DNA of 64,000 bases from Candidatus Woesearchaeota archaeon (GTDB lineage Archaea > Nanobdellota > Nanobdellia > Pacearchaeales > UBA284). Under the pieces are notes generated by a model that saw nothing but the letters and a program-made list of their open reading frames with translations, was not told where the DNA came from and ran no database searches. The first letter of the stretch is position 1. Each line of letters starts with the position of its first letter. The position numbers and the translations under genes are program-made. The stretch is from NCBI GenBank assembly GCA_964599615.1, contig CAZRGF010000005.1, forward strand, positions 6,829 to 70,828, read 5' to 3'. Positions 17,488 to 25,560 of this stretch are shown here, one piece after another.

Positions 17488-17904
17488 TCACCTAGAGCCT
17501 GTAAAGAGATATAATTTGGGATTTCCTAATGAACCAAGCCTGTAGGGGTCTAAAAACTCCAGCAAGTTATGTTTCATTGTTTCAAGATCTGTTTGCAATT
17601 CTTCTAAATTAATCACCGAATTATGCGGTTGTTCGCACCAAGAAATATCATATCCTATAAATTGGCCTTTAAGTTGTAGTTCTTTTTCTCCTACCTTGAA
17701 TGTTGGGTCATTTATCTTGGACACCATAAAATTAAAATCCTCTCTTTTTTGGGTTTTAACAATCTTAGATATTATTGATTCTATTAGTTCAGTAAGCACT
17801 TCTTTTTCATTTTCTCTCAATGAAATCCGATGAGAAACATCCTCGGATAATTCATACCCATAGGCAAGGGATGCATAACCTTTGATGTCTTCTAAATCAG
17901 TCAT
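17488..17904 (-). CDS. ORFan operon protein D (138 aa)
   Basis: Last gene of a four-gene coupled operon. No motif recognised. Confidence 0.55.
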   Translation of the reverse strand: MTDLEDIKGYASLAYGYELSEDVSHRISLRENEKEVLTELIESIISKIVKTQKREDFNFMVSKINDPTFKVGEKELQLKGQFIGYDISWCEQPHNSVINLEELQTDLETMKHNLLEFLDPYRLGSLGNPKLYLFTGSR

Positions 17905-18005
17905 CTTTCTTGTTCCTCCATCTTTATTTTGAAAAGCTTCTCATCTTGTTCAAATTTTTCTTCAATTTCTTTATCTTCAACATGATTTTTGGTTTGTTTT
18001 TTCAT
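17901..18005 (-). CDS. ORFan operon protein C (34 aa, acidic)
   Basis: Not in the track. MKKQTKNHVEDKEIEEKFEQDEKLFKIKMEEQER exactly bridges genes B and D by ATGA overlaps at both ends. Confidence 0.4.
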   Translation of the reverse strand: MKKQTKNHVEDKEIEEKFEQDEKLFKIKMEEQER

Positions 18006-19048
18006 TTTCTTTCCACCATTTTAGCAACTGTACCAAAAACCTCGGTGAGAATATCTGGCTTGAATTGTCCCCCCAGTTTATAGAATTCCGAAAGTCTTTT
18101 CAATTTACCAGGTAAACAATAATCTTCTGAAATACCATAAATATTTTCTCTTCGTAAATATCCCATGGGGCACACTCCTGCGAAAAAAAGTGCTTGAATG
18201 TCATCTTTTTTTGGGTCAAATCCCGCAATATCAATTAATTTTTCTCTTACTACTTTGCCCAATTCTGGTAACTTTCCTTCTCTTTCTAACTTTCTTATAA
18301 TTGCTTTTGAATTAAGATATTGCTTAAGTCGCTTATCTTTCTTTACTTCTTCAAAAAGTACCCATTCAGGAAAATTTCCAGAAAGATAACTACCTTGAAG
18401 GTCTTTCGCTCTTTGTCTTGGAAGATCATAAACTGGCTCCCTATCTTTGTCTAAGACTATTTCATTAAGAGGTACTTGTATGTCGCATGAAAATTGTACT
18501 CTGAAATCTTTAGGTTTTAAAAATTCTCTAAAGAGTTTCTTAACACGTCTTTGAGTGATGTACCCGAACAAACGCATTTTTTTCCCAGTGTGACTGTCTA
18601 TTCCAACACTACCAGTAATTCTTTCTCCTACTCTTTTTTCCATTTTTTCTTGGAAAATATTCTGGGGGTATATCCAATCATATTTTAATGACAATGAACC
18701 TCCTTTATCCCATCTTTTAGCATTATAAATATCGTTACAATCGGGGTCATGAGGTCTCAATAAAGAAAAATATGAAACTAGTTGCCTAAGTTGTCTGCCT
18801 TTAATTGTTATCCTTCTTCTTTTTGTTCCTAGTTTTAAGTCTAGTGAAATAGAATCTAGATGATATCTTGCGTTAATTTCATAAACTAAATTTTCAGGAT
18901 TAACTGGATGATAACCACTGCGATAACGCTCTTGAAACACAGTCCATTCAGTTAATCCTCTTCCATATTCGACATTGAGTGTGGCATTCGCCTTTGCACT
19001 TTTAATTTGCCAGACGTCTGTTTTTTGTTCTAAGGTTGTTTTTGTCAT
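18002..19048 (-). CDS. ORFan operon protein B (~348 aa)
   Basis: Start moved to the ATG preceded by GGGAGGAAAG, which gives an ATGA overlap with gene A. No motif recognised. Confidence 0.6.
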   Translation of the reverse strand: MTKTTLEQKTDVWQIKSAKANATLNVEYGRGLTEWTVFQERYRSGYHPVNPENLVYEINARYHLDSISLDLKLGTKRRRITIKGRQLRQLVSYFSLLRPHDPDCNDIYNAKRWDKGGSLSLKYDWIYPQNIFQEKMEKRVGERITGSVGIDSHTGKKMRLFGYITQRRVKKLFREFLKPKDFRVQFSCDIQVPLNEIVLDKDREPVYDLPRQRAKDLQGSYLSGNFPEWVLFEEVKKDKRLKQYLNSKAIIRKLEREGKLPELGKVVREKLIDIAGFDPKKDDIQALFFAGVCPMGYLRRENIYGISEDYCLPGKLKRLSEFYKLGGQFKPDILTEVFGTVAKMVERK

Positions 19049-20070
19049 TTTCTTTCCTCCCGGAGATAGAAAGCAATCTGAGTCCAAAGTCGATCATTTG
19101 GATGCCCATCTAGTCTACCATAAACTTTATTGCTTCCCCAATTAGATTTTGAAATATGTGCTCTTTCGGCTATAGTCGCAACTTCCCTAAATCCTGGAAC
19201 AATTTGTCTAACAATGCAATCTTTAAGTGTAGCCCTAAACATTCGATCCTTTTTCTTCTGTGATCTATGGTCCTTTTCTTTTTTATCTGGACTTAAAGGT
19301 AATTCAATATCTTCTCTAGTGTAGTAAGGACAACTTTGAAGTTTATCGTGTTTTTCGAATTGTTTGGAATGTATCACAATATTTTTTTCACGAGCAATAC
19401 TACAATAAGAATATACATATGCATTATAATATGCTAAGGGATTTCCTACAAAATCCCTAAAGCATTCGGTTTGAGCTCCTCTCAAAAGAATTTCTATTCT
19501 TGATGCATTCTCTGGAGTTTTGTCCCTCTTTATTTTTAGGGCAATTGTTGGAGCACCCCAACTTTCTAAAGAATCTCTATAGTCATAATATGTACCTTCA
19601 AAAACCCGATAAAATTCTTCTTCTCTAGATTTTACATCCTCTTTATCTATACCTCTGACTATAACAAAGGTGTATTCCTTTTTCGGGTCTGTGAAAAATC
19701 TGGCTGCACTATTTGAGGTTTTGAGTTTTATATGACTTGTGCCTTTTTTGTTAAAATCATTAACTTTTATTGGAAAAGGCGAATATTCTAAGAAGTACTC
19801 TAGTTCGGGCTGTTTGCGAGGCAAAGTAACAAACTCTCCTTTGCTTGGATTATAAACCGAATTACTTGGTGTTGATGAAAATCCCACTGAAGTTTCTTCA
19901 AGAGTTGAAACACAAGAATGGGCGTTTCCAGTAAAGTCTTGAACAACATTGCAGAGTCCCTTAAATATTCTTTTTGCATCCCCACAATTACTTGCTTTGT
20001 ACAATATGAAAGATTTTTTGGAATCCTTTGTTTTGTTAAGATCTTCTAAAAAGTTAATATCTTGTGTCAT
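19045..20070 (-). CDS. ORFan operon protein A (341 aa)
   Basis: First gene of the operon, of normal amino-acid composition. No motif recognised. Confidence 0.6.
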   Translation of the reverse strand: MTQDINFLEDLNKTKDSKKSFILYKASNCGDAKRIFKGLCNVVQDFTGNAHSCVSTLEETSVGFSSTPSNSVYNPSKGEFVTLPRKQPELEYFLEYSPFPIKVNDFNKKGTSHIKLKTSNSAARFFTDPKKEYTFVIVRGIDKEDVKSREEEFYRVFEGTYYDYRDSLESWGAPTIALKIKRDKTPENASRIEILLRGAQTECFRDFVGNPLAYYNAYVYSYCSIAREKNIVIHSKQFEKHDKLQSCPYYTREDIELPLSPDKKEKDHRSQKKKDRMFRATLKDCIVRQIVPGFREVATIAERAHISKSNWGSNKVYGRLDGHPNDRLWTQIAFYLREERK

Positions 20071-20085
20071 TTTGGTTTGTGTTTA

Positions 20086-20114
20086 ATTTACTATTATTTA
20101 CTATTTGATAGTAA
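20086..20114. promoter_or_regulatory. operator-like repeats in divergent promoter region
   Basis: Direct repeat ATTTACTATT x2 (20086-20105) overlapping the palindrome TTACTAT-ttg-ATAGTAA (20098-20114), between operon A-D and the Lrp-like gene. Confidence 0.4.
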
Positions 20115-20202
20115 CACATAGAAAAAGGGGTTAATATAATTTTCTTTAGAAACTCTTGTCAAAATGAAAAGATTTAAATAATATAATTGATTATGACAAA
20201 AT

Positions 20203-21201
20203 ATGGTGAATGAAGTCAAGAAAAATAAAACTGAAGGAATAAAGCTCGACGGAAAAGATTGGAAGATATTGAATCAATTAGACTTGAATTCAAGGCAATC
20301 AGATTCTGAGATTGGCAAAAAGACGAGAATTTCGAAGCAAGTTGTCAATTACAGGATAAAGAAATTAGAGGAAGATGGAGTTATACTTGGATTTTTTCCA
20401 CACATAAATGTTCCGAAACTTGGTTATCTGACGCACAAAATATATTTAAGATTCAGGTCATTGAATAAGCAAAATGAAGAGGAAATCCTTAATTATCTGA
20501 AAAAACAAGAAAAAATAGTCTGGGTTATACTATGTTCTGGCAGATGGGACTTGATTTTCGGTGTTGCTTCTGAAAGCATTTCTGAATTTGACAAAGTTCT
20601 TGATGGTTTTATGAACTTGTATAGTGAATTTGTTGCTGAAAGAGGGATTTCTGTTTTTAACAAAGCAACGATACACCACAGAAAATGGCTTATTGATGAT
20701 AAAAATGAGGTTTCTTGGAAACTTGGAGGCAAAAAAGAAGAGATTGATGAAATAGATAGAAAAATACTTGTTGAACTTGAAAAAAATGCTCGAGTTTCTG
20801 TTATTGACATGGCTGAAAAAGCAAGAATTTCTTCAACACTTGTTATCCAAAGAATAAAAAAATTAAGAGAAAAAGATGTTATTGGTGCATTTAGATTAAG
20901 TTTGAACAGGGAAAAACTTGGAATTCATTATTGCAAAGCTTTTATTTATTATCAAAATAAAACCACTGAAAAAGAAGAAAAGCTTTTGAAATATGTTTAT
21001 TCCCTAAATGAAATACTCGGCGTTTCAAAATCAATAGGTTCATGGGATCTTGAATTAGAGTTTGAAGTCAAGAGTTATGATGATTTCCATAAAATCATGA
21101 AGGAATTAAAGAATAAGTTTGATATTATCTCCAGTTTTGATACGGGTTATATTGAAAAAGAACTTGGAGAGAGTTTTATGCCTAAAATTCATATGGGGTA
21201 A
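20203..21201 (+). CDS. tandem (duplicated) Lrp/AsnC-family transcriptional regulator
   Basis: Two HTH_AsnC-like segments (DWKILNQLDLNSRQSDSEIGKKTRISKQVVNYRIKKLEEDGVI and DRKILVELEKNARVSVIDMAEKARISSTLVIQRIKKLREKDVI), each followed by a RAM-like domain. Confidence 0.8.
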   Translation: MVNEVKKNKTEGIKLDGKDWKILNQLDLNSRQSDSEIGKKTRISKQVVNYRIKKLEEDGVILGFFPHINVPKLGYLTHKIYLRFRSLNKQNEEEILNYLKKQEKIVWVILCSGRWDLIFGVASESISEFDKVLDGFMNLYSEFVAERGISVFNKATIHHRKWLIDDKNEVSWKLGGKKEEIDEIDRKILVELEKNARVSVIDMAEKARISSTLVIQRIKKLREKDVIGAFRLSLNREKLGIHYCKAFIYYQNKTTEKEEKLLKYVYSLNEILGVSKSIGSWDLELEFEVKSYDDFHKIMKELKNKFDIISSFDTGYIEKELGESFMPKIHMG

Positions 21202-21219
21202 GACATAATCTCTTCTGGC

Positions 21220-21654
21220 TTATTTACAAGTATACTTCCCATCTACTTCTTTCCAGGATTCTTCAATATCTCGATACCTATTTGTCCTAATTGTTGGTTC
21301 CCTCTTGTGTCTTTCATCATCGATTCTCAACCATCTACAATTATCCATGAATGACCTTCCTTCTGTCCTTTGTTGATTTTGAATTATCCCCCTAGTTAAA
21401 AGAGAACCCGTGTAATAACCCAACATACCAATCACTACGCCAGCTATATAGTCATACCAATCAAGAGGGGATTGATTACTAAGTGATATTATCCCCCCCA
21501 TTGCTGCACCAAAAAGAACACCAGTAGTTGTTCCAACATTATTAGATATTCTCCTTTCTTGTTCACTCTCTCTTACTTCCCGTTCATTTTTTACTTCAAG
21601 AGGAGAGCAGTGTTCATAAATTTGACTGACTAAATTAGTGCACTTTGTTTTCAT
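21220..21654 (-). CDS. hypothetical membrane protein (glycine-zipper)
   Basis: GVLFGAAMGGIISL and IAGVVIGMLGYYTGSLL hydrophobic segments. Confidence 0.5.
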   Translation of the reverse strand: MKTKCTNLVSQIYEHCSPLEVKNEREVRESEQERRISNNVGTTTGVLFGAAMGGIISLSNQSPLDWYDYIAGVVIGMLGYYTGSLLTRGIIQNQQRTEGRSFMDNCRWLRIDDERHKREPTIRTNRYRDIEESWKEVDGKYTCK

Positions 21655-21750
21655 AATTTTTATTAGTCTCTTTTCTTTAAAAGTATTGTTGTGATAAATA
21701 TTAAATGTAAAGTCTACAGCAGTAATAAATTAAGAGTCAAGTGAGGGTGA

Positions 21751-21835
21751 GGAATCGCCATACTTCAACTTTAACAAAGCGCAAGCATAATCTCAACTAC
21801 TAGGATACTGCACTTCGCTTTTCATATTATTGATG
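21751..21835 (-). repeat. R1 element, diverged copy D
   Basis: The sense strand (minus) reads ATGAAAAGCGAAGTGCAGTA..GAGATTATGCT..TTAAAGTTGAAGTATGGCGATTCC. Confidence 0.55.
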
Positions 21836-21934
21836 ACTCGCACTTGGGGGGCGATAAAGCTCATTTGTTTTCAAAAAAGAAAAAACTTTAACTTAGAGAT
21901 CAAACGAAGTGCGAAGAATTAGTCTTTTCATTTA

Positions 21935-22603
21935 TTAATTAGTTCCAAGAATTTCGATTACCTTGCCGATTTTTTCTTTTAAAGAGAAAAGTTGTGGGGG
22001 CCTATTGGAGACATTCTTCTTTATTTCTTCTTCGTTTAAGATGCCCAAAGAGAGGATTTTCTTCCTGAAATTTCTTTTGTCAAATTTTTTGTTGAAAACG
22101 ATTTCGTAAATAGCCTGAAGTTCTGATAATGTAAATTTCTTGTCTAGAAGAGAAAAAGCAACTGTTGTATACTCAAATTTCCATTTTAATCTTTTTAGGG
22201 CATAGTCCATTATTTTTTTATGGTCGAAAGCAAGTTCAGGTAGCTTAGATACTAAAAACCATCTTGCTTCTGAGACATCTGTGGTTGCTTTGAGATTTAT
22301 TTTGTCTGAATTTGCTAAAGCAAAATAAGCAATTGTTATCACCCTTCCTCTTGGGTCTCTTCCAACATTCCCAAAACTGTATAATTGTTCCAGATAAACT
22401 TCTTTAACATTAGTTTCTTCTTTTAGTTCTCTTTCAGCAGCTTGTTCAAGAGATTCATTAAGATGTACAAAACCGCCAGGAATAGCCCATTTTCCTTTGA
22501 AAGGTTCTATCCCCCTTTTTACTAGAAGAACTTTCAAATCATTGTCTTTTATTGTAAAAATGACTATGTCAACTGTTACAGAAGGTTTTGGATAATCTTT
22601 CAT
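21935..22603 (-). CDS. nrtR: NrtR-type regulator (Nudix domain plus C-terminal wHTH)
   Basis: Nudix box GGFVHLNESLEQAAERELKEETN, followed by YALKRLKWKFEYTTVAFSLLDKKFTLSELQAIYEIVFNKKFDKRNFRKKI, which is characteristic of NrtR. Confidence 0.85.
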   Translation of the reverse strand: MKDYPKPSVTVDIVIFTIKDNDLKVLLVKRGIEPFKGKWAIPGGFVHLNESLEQAAERELKEETNVKEVYLEQLYSFGNVGRDPRGRVITIAYFALANSDKINLKATTDVSEARWFLVSKLPELAFDHKKIMDYALKRLKWKFEYTTVAFSLLDKKFTLSELQAIYEIVFNKKFDKRNFRKKILSLGILNEEEIKKNVSNRPPQLFSLKEKIGKVIEILGTN

Positions 22604-22610
22604 TATCTAT

Positions 22611-22727
22611 ATGGCGATTAAGCTTCAGAATCGCCATCCTCCAACTTTAAGTGTGTTGAGCATGAGCGTAATTCTAAATACCTAGCTACTGCGCTAATGC
22701 TTTTCATCGTAGTTTTTATCATTATAG
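22611..22727 (-). repeat. R1 element copy B (5' leader of nrtR)
   Basis: See the R1 finding. The 3' hairpin is ATGGCGATT (22611-22619)/AATCGCCAT (22629-22637). Confidence 0.7.
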
Positions 22728-22761
22728 ATGCCTTGGCCTTTGGACCGAGATGATTCATTAT

Positions 22762-22788
22762 ATTGTGTATAACTTACACTATTTAAAT
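22762..22788 (-). promoter_or_regulatory. TATA box (TTTAAATA on sense strand) overlapping a 21-bp palindrome; candidate NrtR operator
   Basis: ATTGTGTA-taact-TACACTAT (22762-22782) has a GT-N7-AC core and is nearly identical to 43038-43058. Lies about 160-180 nt upstream of the nrtR ATG. Confidence 0.6.
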
Positions 22789-22790
22789 TT

Positions 22791-23327
22791 TTATTTTTCT
22801 TTAGAATTATGTCTCCTTAAAAATTCATACATCAATAATTGAGTTGTTTTTGCTCCATGAATCTGATTCTTCATAGCCATTTGGAATGCTTTGTAAAATG
22901 GAATCTTGATAACTTTTATTTTTTCAAATTCCCCTAATTTTTGACTTACATATTCTCCTTTTCCACGAGCTGAAAAAAGATAGACTTTTTCACTATCATG
23001 CCCTTCAGAAGAATAAAGATATCCATGACTTTCAACCTGTTCTTTTTTTATCCTTATTCCACATTCCTCTTCTAATCCTTCTACAATCACTTCTAATGGA
23101 CTTAATCCTGGTTTGTCAAGGGTTTCTGCTGCCAATGATAGTACTTCTTTGCCAATAGCTGGTCTGAATTGCTTCACAAAGTAAACCATGTCTTTTTCAT
23201 CAATATAAAGTATAATTGCTGCATTTTTTGAGACAATAACATCATAATCTTTTCCGCCATATGGTCTTTTGACTAATTTAATATGACCTTGGTAAACTAG
23301 TCTGTCTTTTCCTTTTTGGGTTTTCAT
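22791..23327 (-). CDS. Nudix hydrolase, ADP-ribose pyrophosphatase-like
   Basis: NudF-like layout with Nudix box region AAETLDKPGLSPLEVIVEGLEEECG. Confidence 0.7.
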   Translation of the reverse strand: MKTQKGKDRLVYQGHIKLVKRPYGGKDYDVIVSKNAAIILYIDEKDMVYFVKQFRPAIGKEVLSLAAETLDKPGLSPLEVIVEGLEEECGIRIKKEQVESHGYLYSSEGHDSEKVYLFSARGKGEYVSQKLGEFEKIKVIKIPFYKAFQMAMKNQIHGAKTTQLLMYEFLRRHNSKEK

Positions 23328-23336
23328 TATTTACAC

Positions 23337-23468
23337 GGCAACCTGTCTTCAGAATCGCCATCCTCCAACTTTAGTGTATAAGGAAGTCTCCTTATGAACC
23401 TCAACAATGAGCATAATACTAAATACCTTGCTACTGCGCTGTCGCTTTTAGAGTTACAGACATTATGG
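23337..23468 (-). repeat. R1 element copy C (5' leader of the Nudix gene)
   Basis: Same blocks as copy B, plus an inserted perfect hairpin ATAAGGA-agtc-TCCTTAT (23378-23395). Confidence 0.7.
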
Positions 23469-23478
23469 GTTTTCATTT

Positions 23479-24993
23479 TTATTTTTCTCCCACTAAAATC
23501 AGGTGAGTTGCAGGGAATTCTATTGGAACAAGCTTTTTATTTTTCATCTCAAAAAAAGCCACTTTTCCTAAAAATCTATTCTTTTTTATCCAAGGATTTA
23601 AAATTTCTTTTGAGCCCCTTATTATTTTAAAGCCAGTTTTCTTTAATATCTTGGAGTATTCTTTGAAAGTCATAATTCCATAGACCTCATTTGCTTCTAC
23701 ATCCCAATTTTCTACATAATCTTTTTTATTAATAAATTCGTAAGCATCTTGGACAGACAGCTTATAATATTTCTTTTTGTCAATCATCTTGATTTCATAT
23801 TTAATGCCTGTTTTTTTCTTAAAAACTTTGGAGAATTTCAAAAATCGTGCTTCTGTTGACAGTTTTTTAATTTTAGCAGGATGGATTTTACCATCACTAT
23901 TATTTAGCCAAAGATAAATAGTCTTTTTTTCAGGTTTAACCCCATCACGGATTATTATCCTGCCTGTTTTTTTTAATTCTTCATAAGAATTTTTTATTGT
24001 TTGTTTTACAAACTTTAGATTATAATTATTATAAGAGTAAGCTTCATGGAGAATTGATGAAAAAATCTTTGTAGAGATTGAATTTGAAGTGAAGTTTTTC
24101 TTTGAGATGTCTTTTTTATAGAGGTATACATTCGGATGCGGATAGTTTTGGTTTAAACAATGACTTAGAAATTCTCTTGATAGGTCTAATCCGATTATTT
24201 CGGAATTTTTGAATTTTTCAGATAAGTAGTAAAGCAAGGTGCCTGTTCCGCAACCACAATCAATTATTTTTCCAGATTTTATAAATGAAGAGAGTTCTTT
24301 CCATTTCATGGGCATGCTAGAGTCCATCAGATTACCATACGTCCTGAAATCTCTTGTTTCAGATAATTCTCCTTCTGATGTTGTTAGAAGATCATGGTTT
24401 ATCTCGAGAATAATATCCCCTAGCCCATATTTTTTATATGTTTCTATTGAAGCGTCTGAAGTATATCTTTTCCATTTTGCATCAGGGCGGTCCCAATTTT
24501 TTTTAGCAGATAACAGCATATTTATGATTTCAAATGGTCTGAAAGTTTTGTAAGTCCCATTTTTTCTTATCTCTGCTAGAATAACATTATATTTTTTCTT
24601 CTTGAACAATTTTATCACAGAAGGAGTTGAACTGAATAAGACGGTATTTTCCGGGTTTATAAATAATTTCCCCCTGCTTTGATATATTATCTGTTTTTCA
24701 ATATAGTCCACCCATTTATTGTCCCCGGGGATATCGGGGATAGGGACGATCTTGTAATTAATGCCTATTTTTTCTAGAAATGGGACGAGTGCTTCCACCC
24801 TTTTTTCTATGGACAATGGGTTTCTCTTTGTGTTTTCATGATTTGAAGAAGTTACTGCTACAATCAAAGTATCAAAAGGTTTTTTTATGGTTATTCCAAT
24901 TTTTTTGGGGGAAATTCCTTTTAACGAAGAAAGAGCTTTCTGTTGAAATTTTGTTGTTAGGTGCATTCTGCCAAGAAATAATATCTGTGTCAT
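23479..24993 (-). CDS. fusion of an archaeal NadM-like (NMN adenylyltransferase fold, degenerate HxGH) domain and a class I SAM methyltransferase
   Basis: N-terminus LFLGRMHLTTKFQ (compare GRFQPFHKGH), NPLSIEKRV and VPIPDIPGDNKWVDYIE match NadM blocks. C-terminus has IIDCGCGTGTLLYYL motif I. Confidence 0.65.
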   Translation of the reverse strand: MTQILFLGRMHLTTKFQQKALSSLKGISPKKIGITIKKPFDTLIVAVTSSNHENTKRNPLSIEKRVEALVPFLEKIGINYKIVPIPDIPGDNKWVDYIEKQIIYQSRGKLFINPENTVLFSSTPSVIKLFKKKKYNVILAEIRKNGTYKTFRPFEIINMLLSAKKNWDRPDAKWKRYTSDASIETYKKYGLGDIILEINHDLLTTSEGELSETRDFRTYGNLMDSSMPMKWKELSSFIKSGKIIDCGCGTGTLLYYLSEKFKNSEIIGLDLSREFLSHCLNQNYPHPNVYLYKKDISKKNFTSNSISTKIFSSILHEAYSYNNYNLKFVKQTIKNSYEELKKTGRIIIRDGVKPEKKTIYLWLNNSDGKIHPAKIKKLSTEARFLKFSKVFKKKTGIKYEIKMIDKKKYYKLSVQDAYEFINKKDYVENWDVEANEVYGIMTFKEYSKILKKTGFKIIRGSKEILNPWIKKNRFLGKVAFFEMKNKKLVPIEFPATHLILVGEK

Positions 24994-25559
24994 GTGTATA
25001 ACCCATTTTTATTTATGTATGTTTCTACTTGTTTTGGAACAAAATTAGATATGCTTTGATGTTTTCTAGCTCTGGCTCTTATTTCTGTTGAAGAAATATT
25101 ATCTGGATTTTCTTGAATAAAATGAACTACTTTCATTCCAGGAAAAGGGGTATATCTGTAACCTTTTCTTTCAAATATAATAAAACTAGATTCTTGTAAA
25201 AGTTCTTTATACTTGTGCCATTTATCAATTTCTTGGAGGATATCTGTCCCAATGACCAAATAAAACTCGTTATTGGGAAATTGTTTCTTTAATTTTTTGA
25301 GAGTTTCAAAAGAATAGCTTTTTTCTTTTGATTTTAATTCTATATTGCATAATTTGACATGGTCTAATCCTTGTATTGCGAGTTCGATCATTTTTTTTCT
25401 ATGTTCTGCGTTTGAGAGTTCTCCTTTAAATACGTGATTCCCGCAGGGCATTACCCAGACTTCATCTGAAATCTTTTTTTCAAAAAGATATTTTATTATC
25501 TTTATATGCGCATTCTGTATTGGGTCAAAACTTCCGCCTAATAAACTGATTTTTGTCAT
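24990..25559 (-). CDS. nadD: nicotinate(amide)-nucleotide adenylyltransferase
   Basis: GGSFDPIQNAH (GxFxPxHxxH region) and ISSTEIR motif. Confidence 0.85.
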   Translation of the reverse strand: MTKISLLGGSFDPIQNAHIKIIKYLFEKKISDEVWVMPCGNHVFKGELSNAEHRKKMIELAIQGLDHVKLCNIELKSKEKSYSFETLKKLKKQFPNNEFYLVIGTDILQEIDKWHKYKELLQESSFIIFERKGYRYTPFPGMKVVHFIQENPDNISSTEIRARARKHQSISNFVPKQVETYINKNGLYT

Positions 25560-25560
25560 T

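Noticed and set aside
22640-22670. R1 as a known NAD+ riboswitch (nadA or pnuC motif)
   Set aside because: Only copy B has a CAACAC string reminiscent of the nadA motif, and it falls in the variable part of R1. No other recalled consensus features match. This still needs a cmscan to be certain.
22611-22705. 29-aa ORF inside R1 copy B (MKSISAVARYLELRSCSTHLKLEDGDSEA) as a leader peptide
   Set aside because: Copy C keeps the frame, but copy A is frameshifted by a 2-nt indel and copy D terminates after 10 codons. Conservation is therefore at the nucleotide or RNA level.
22611-22727. R1 as a C/D-box sRNA
   Set aside because: GATGAAA and CTGA are about 85-90 nt apart. The C box is imperfect, and the D-like CTGA is CTAA in copy A.
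23394-23630. 78-aa plus-strand ORF
   Set aside because: It spans R1 copy C and the antisense of the end of gene 23479-24993. Its apparent similarity to the antisense translation of copy B only reflects nucleotide conservation.
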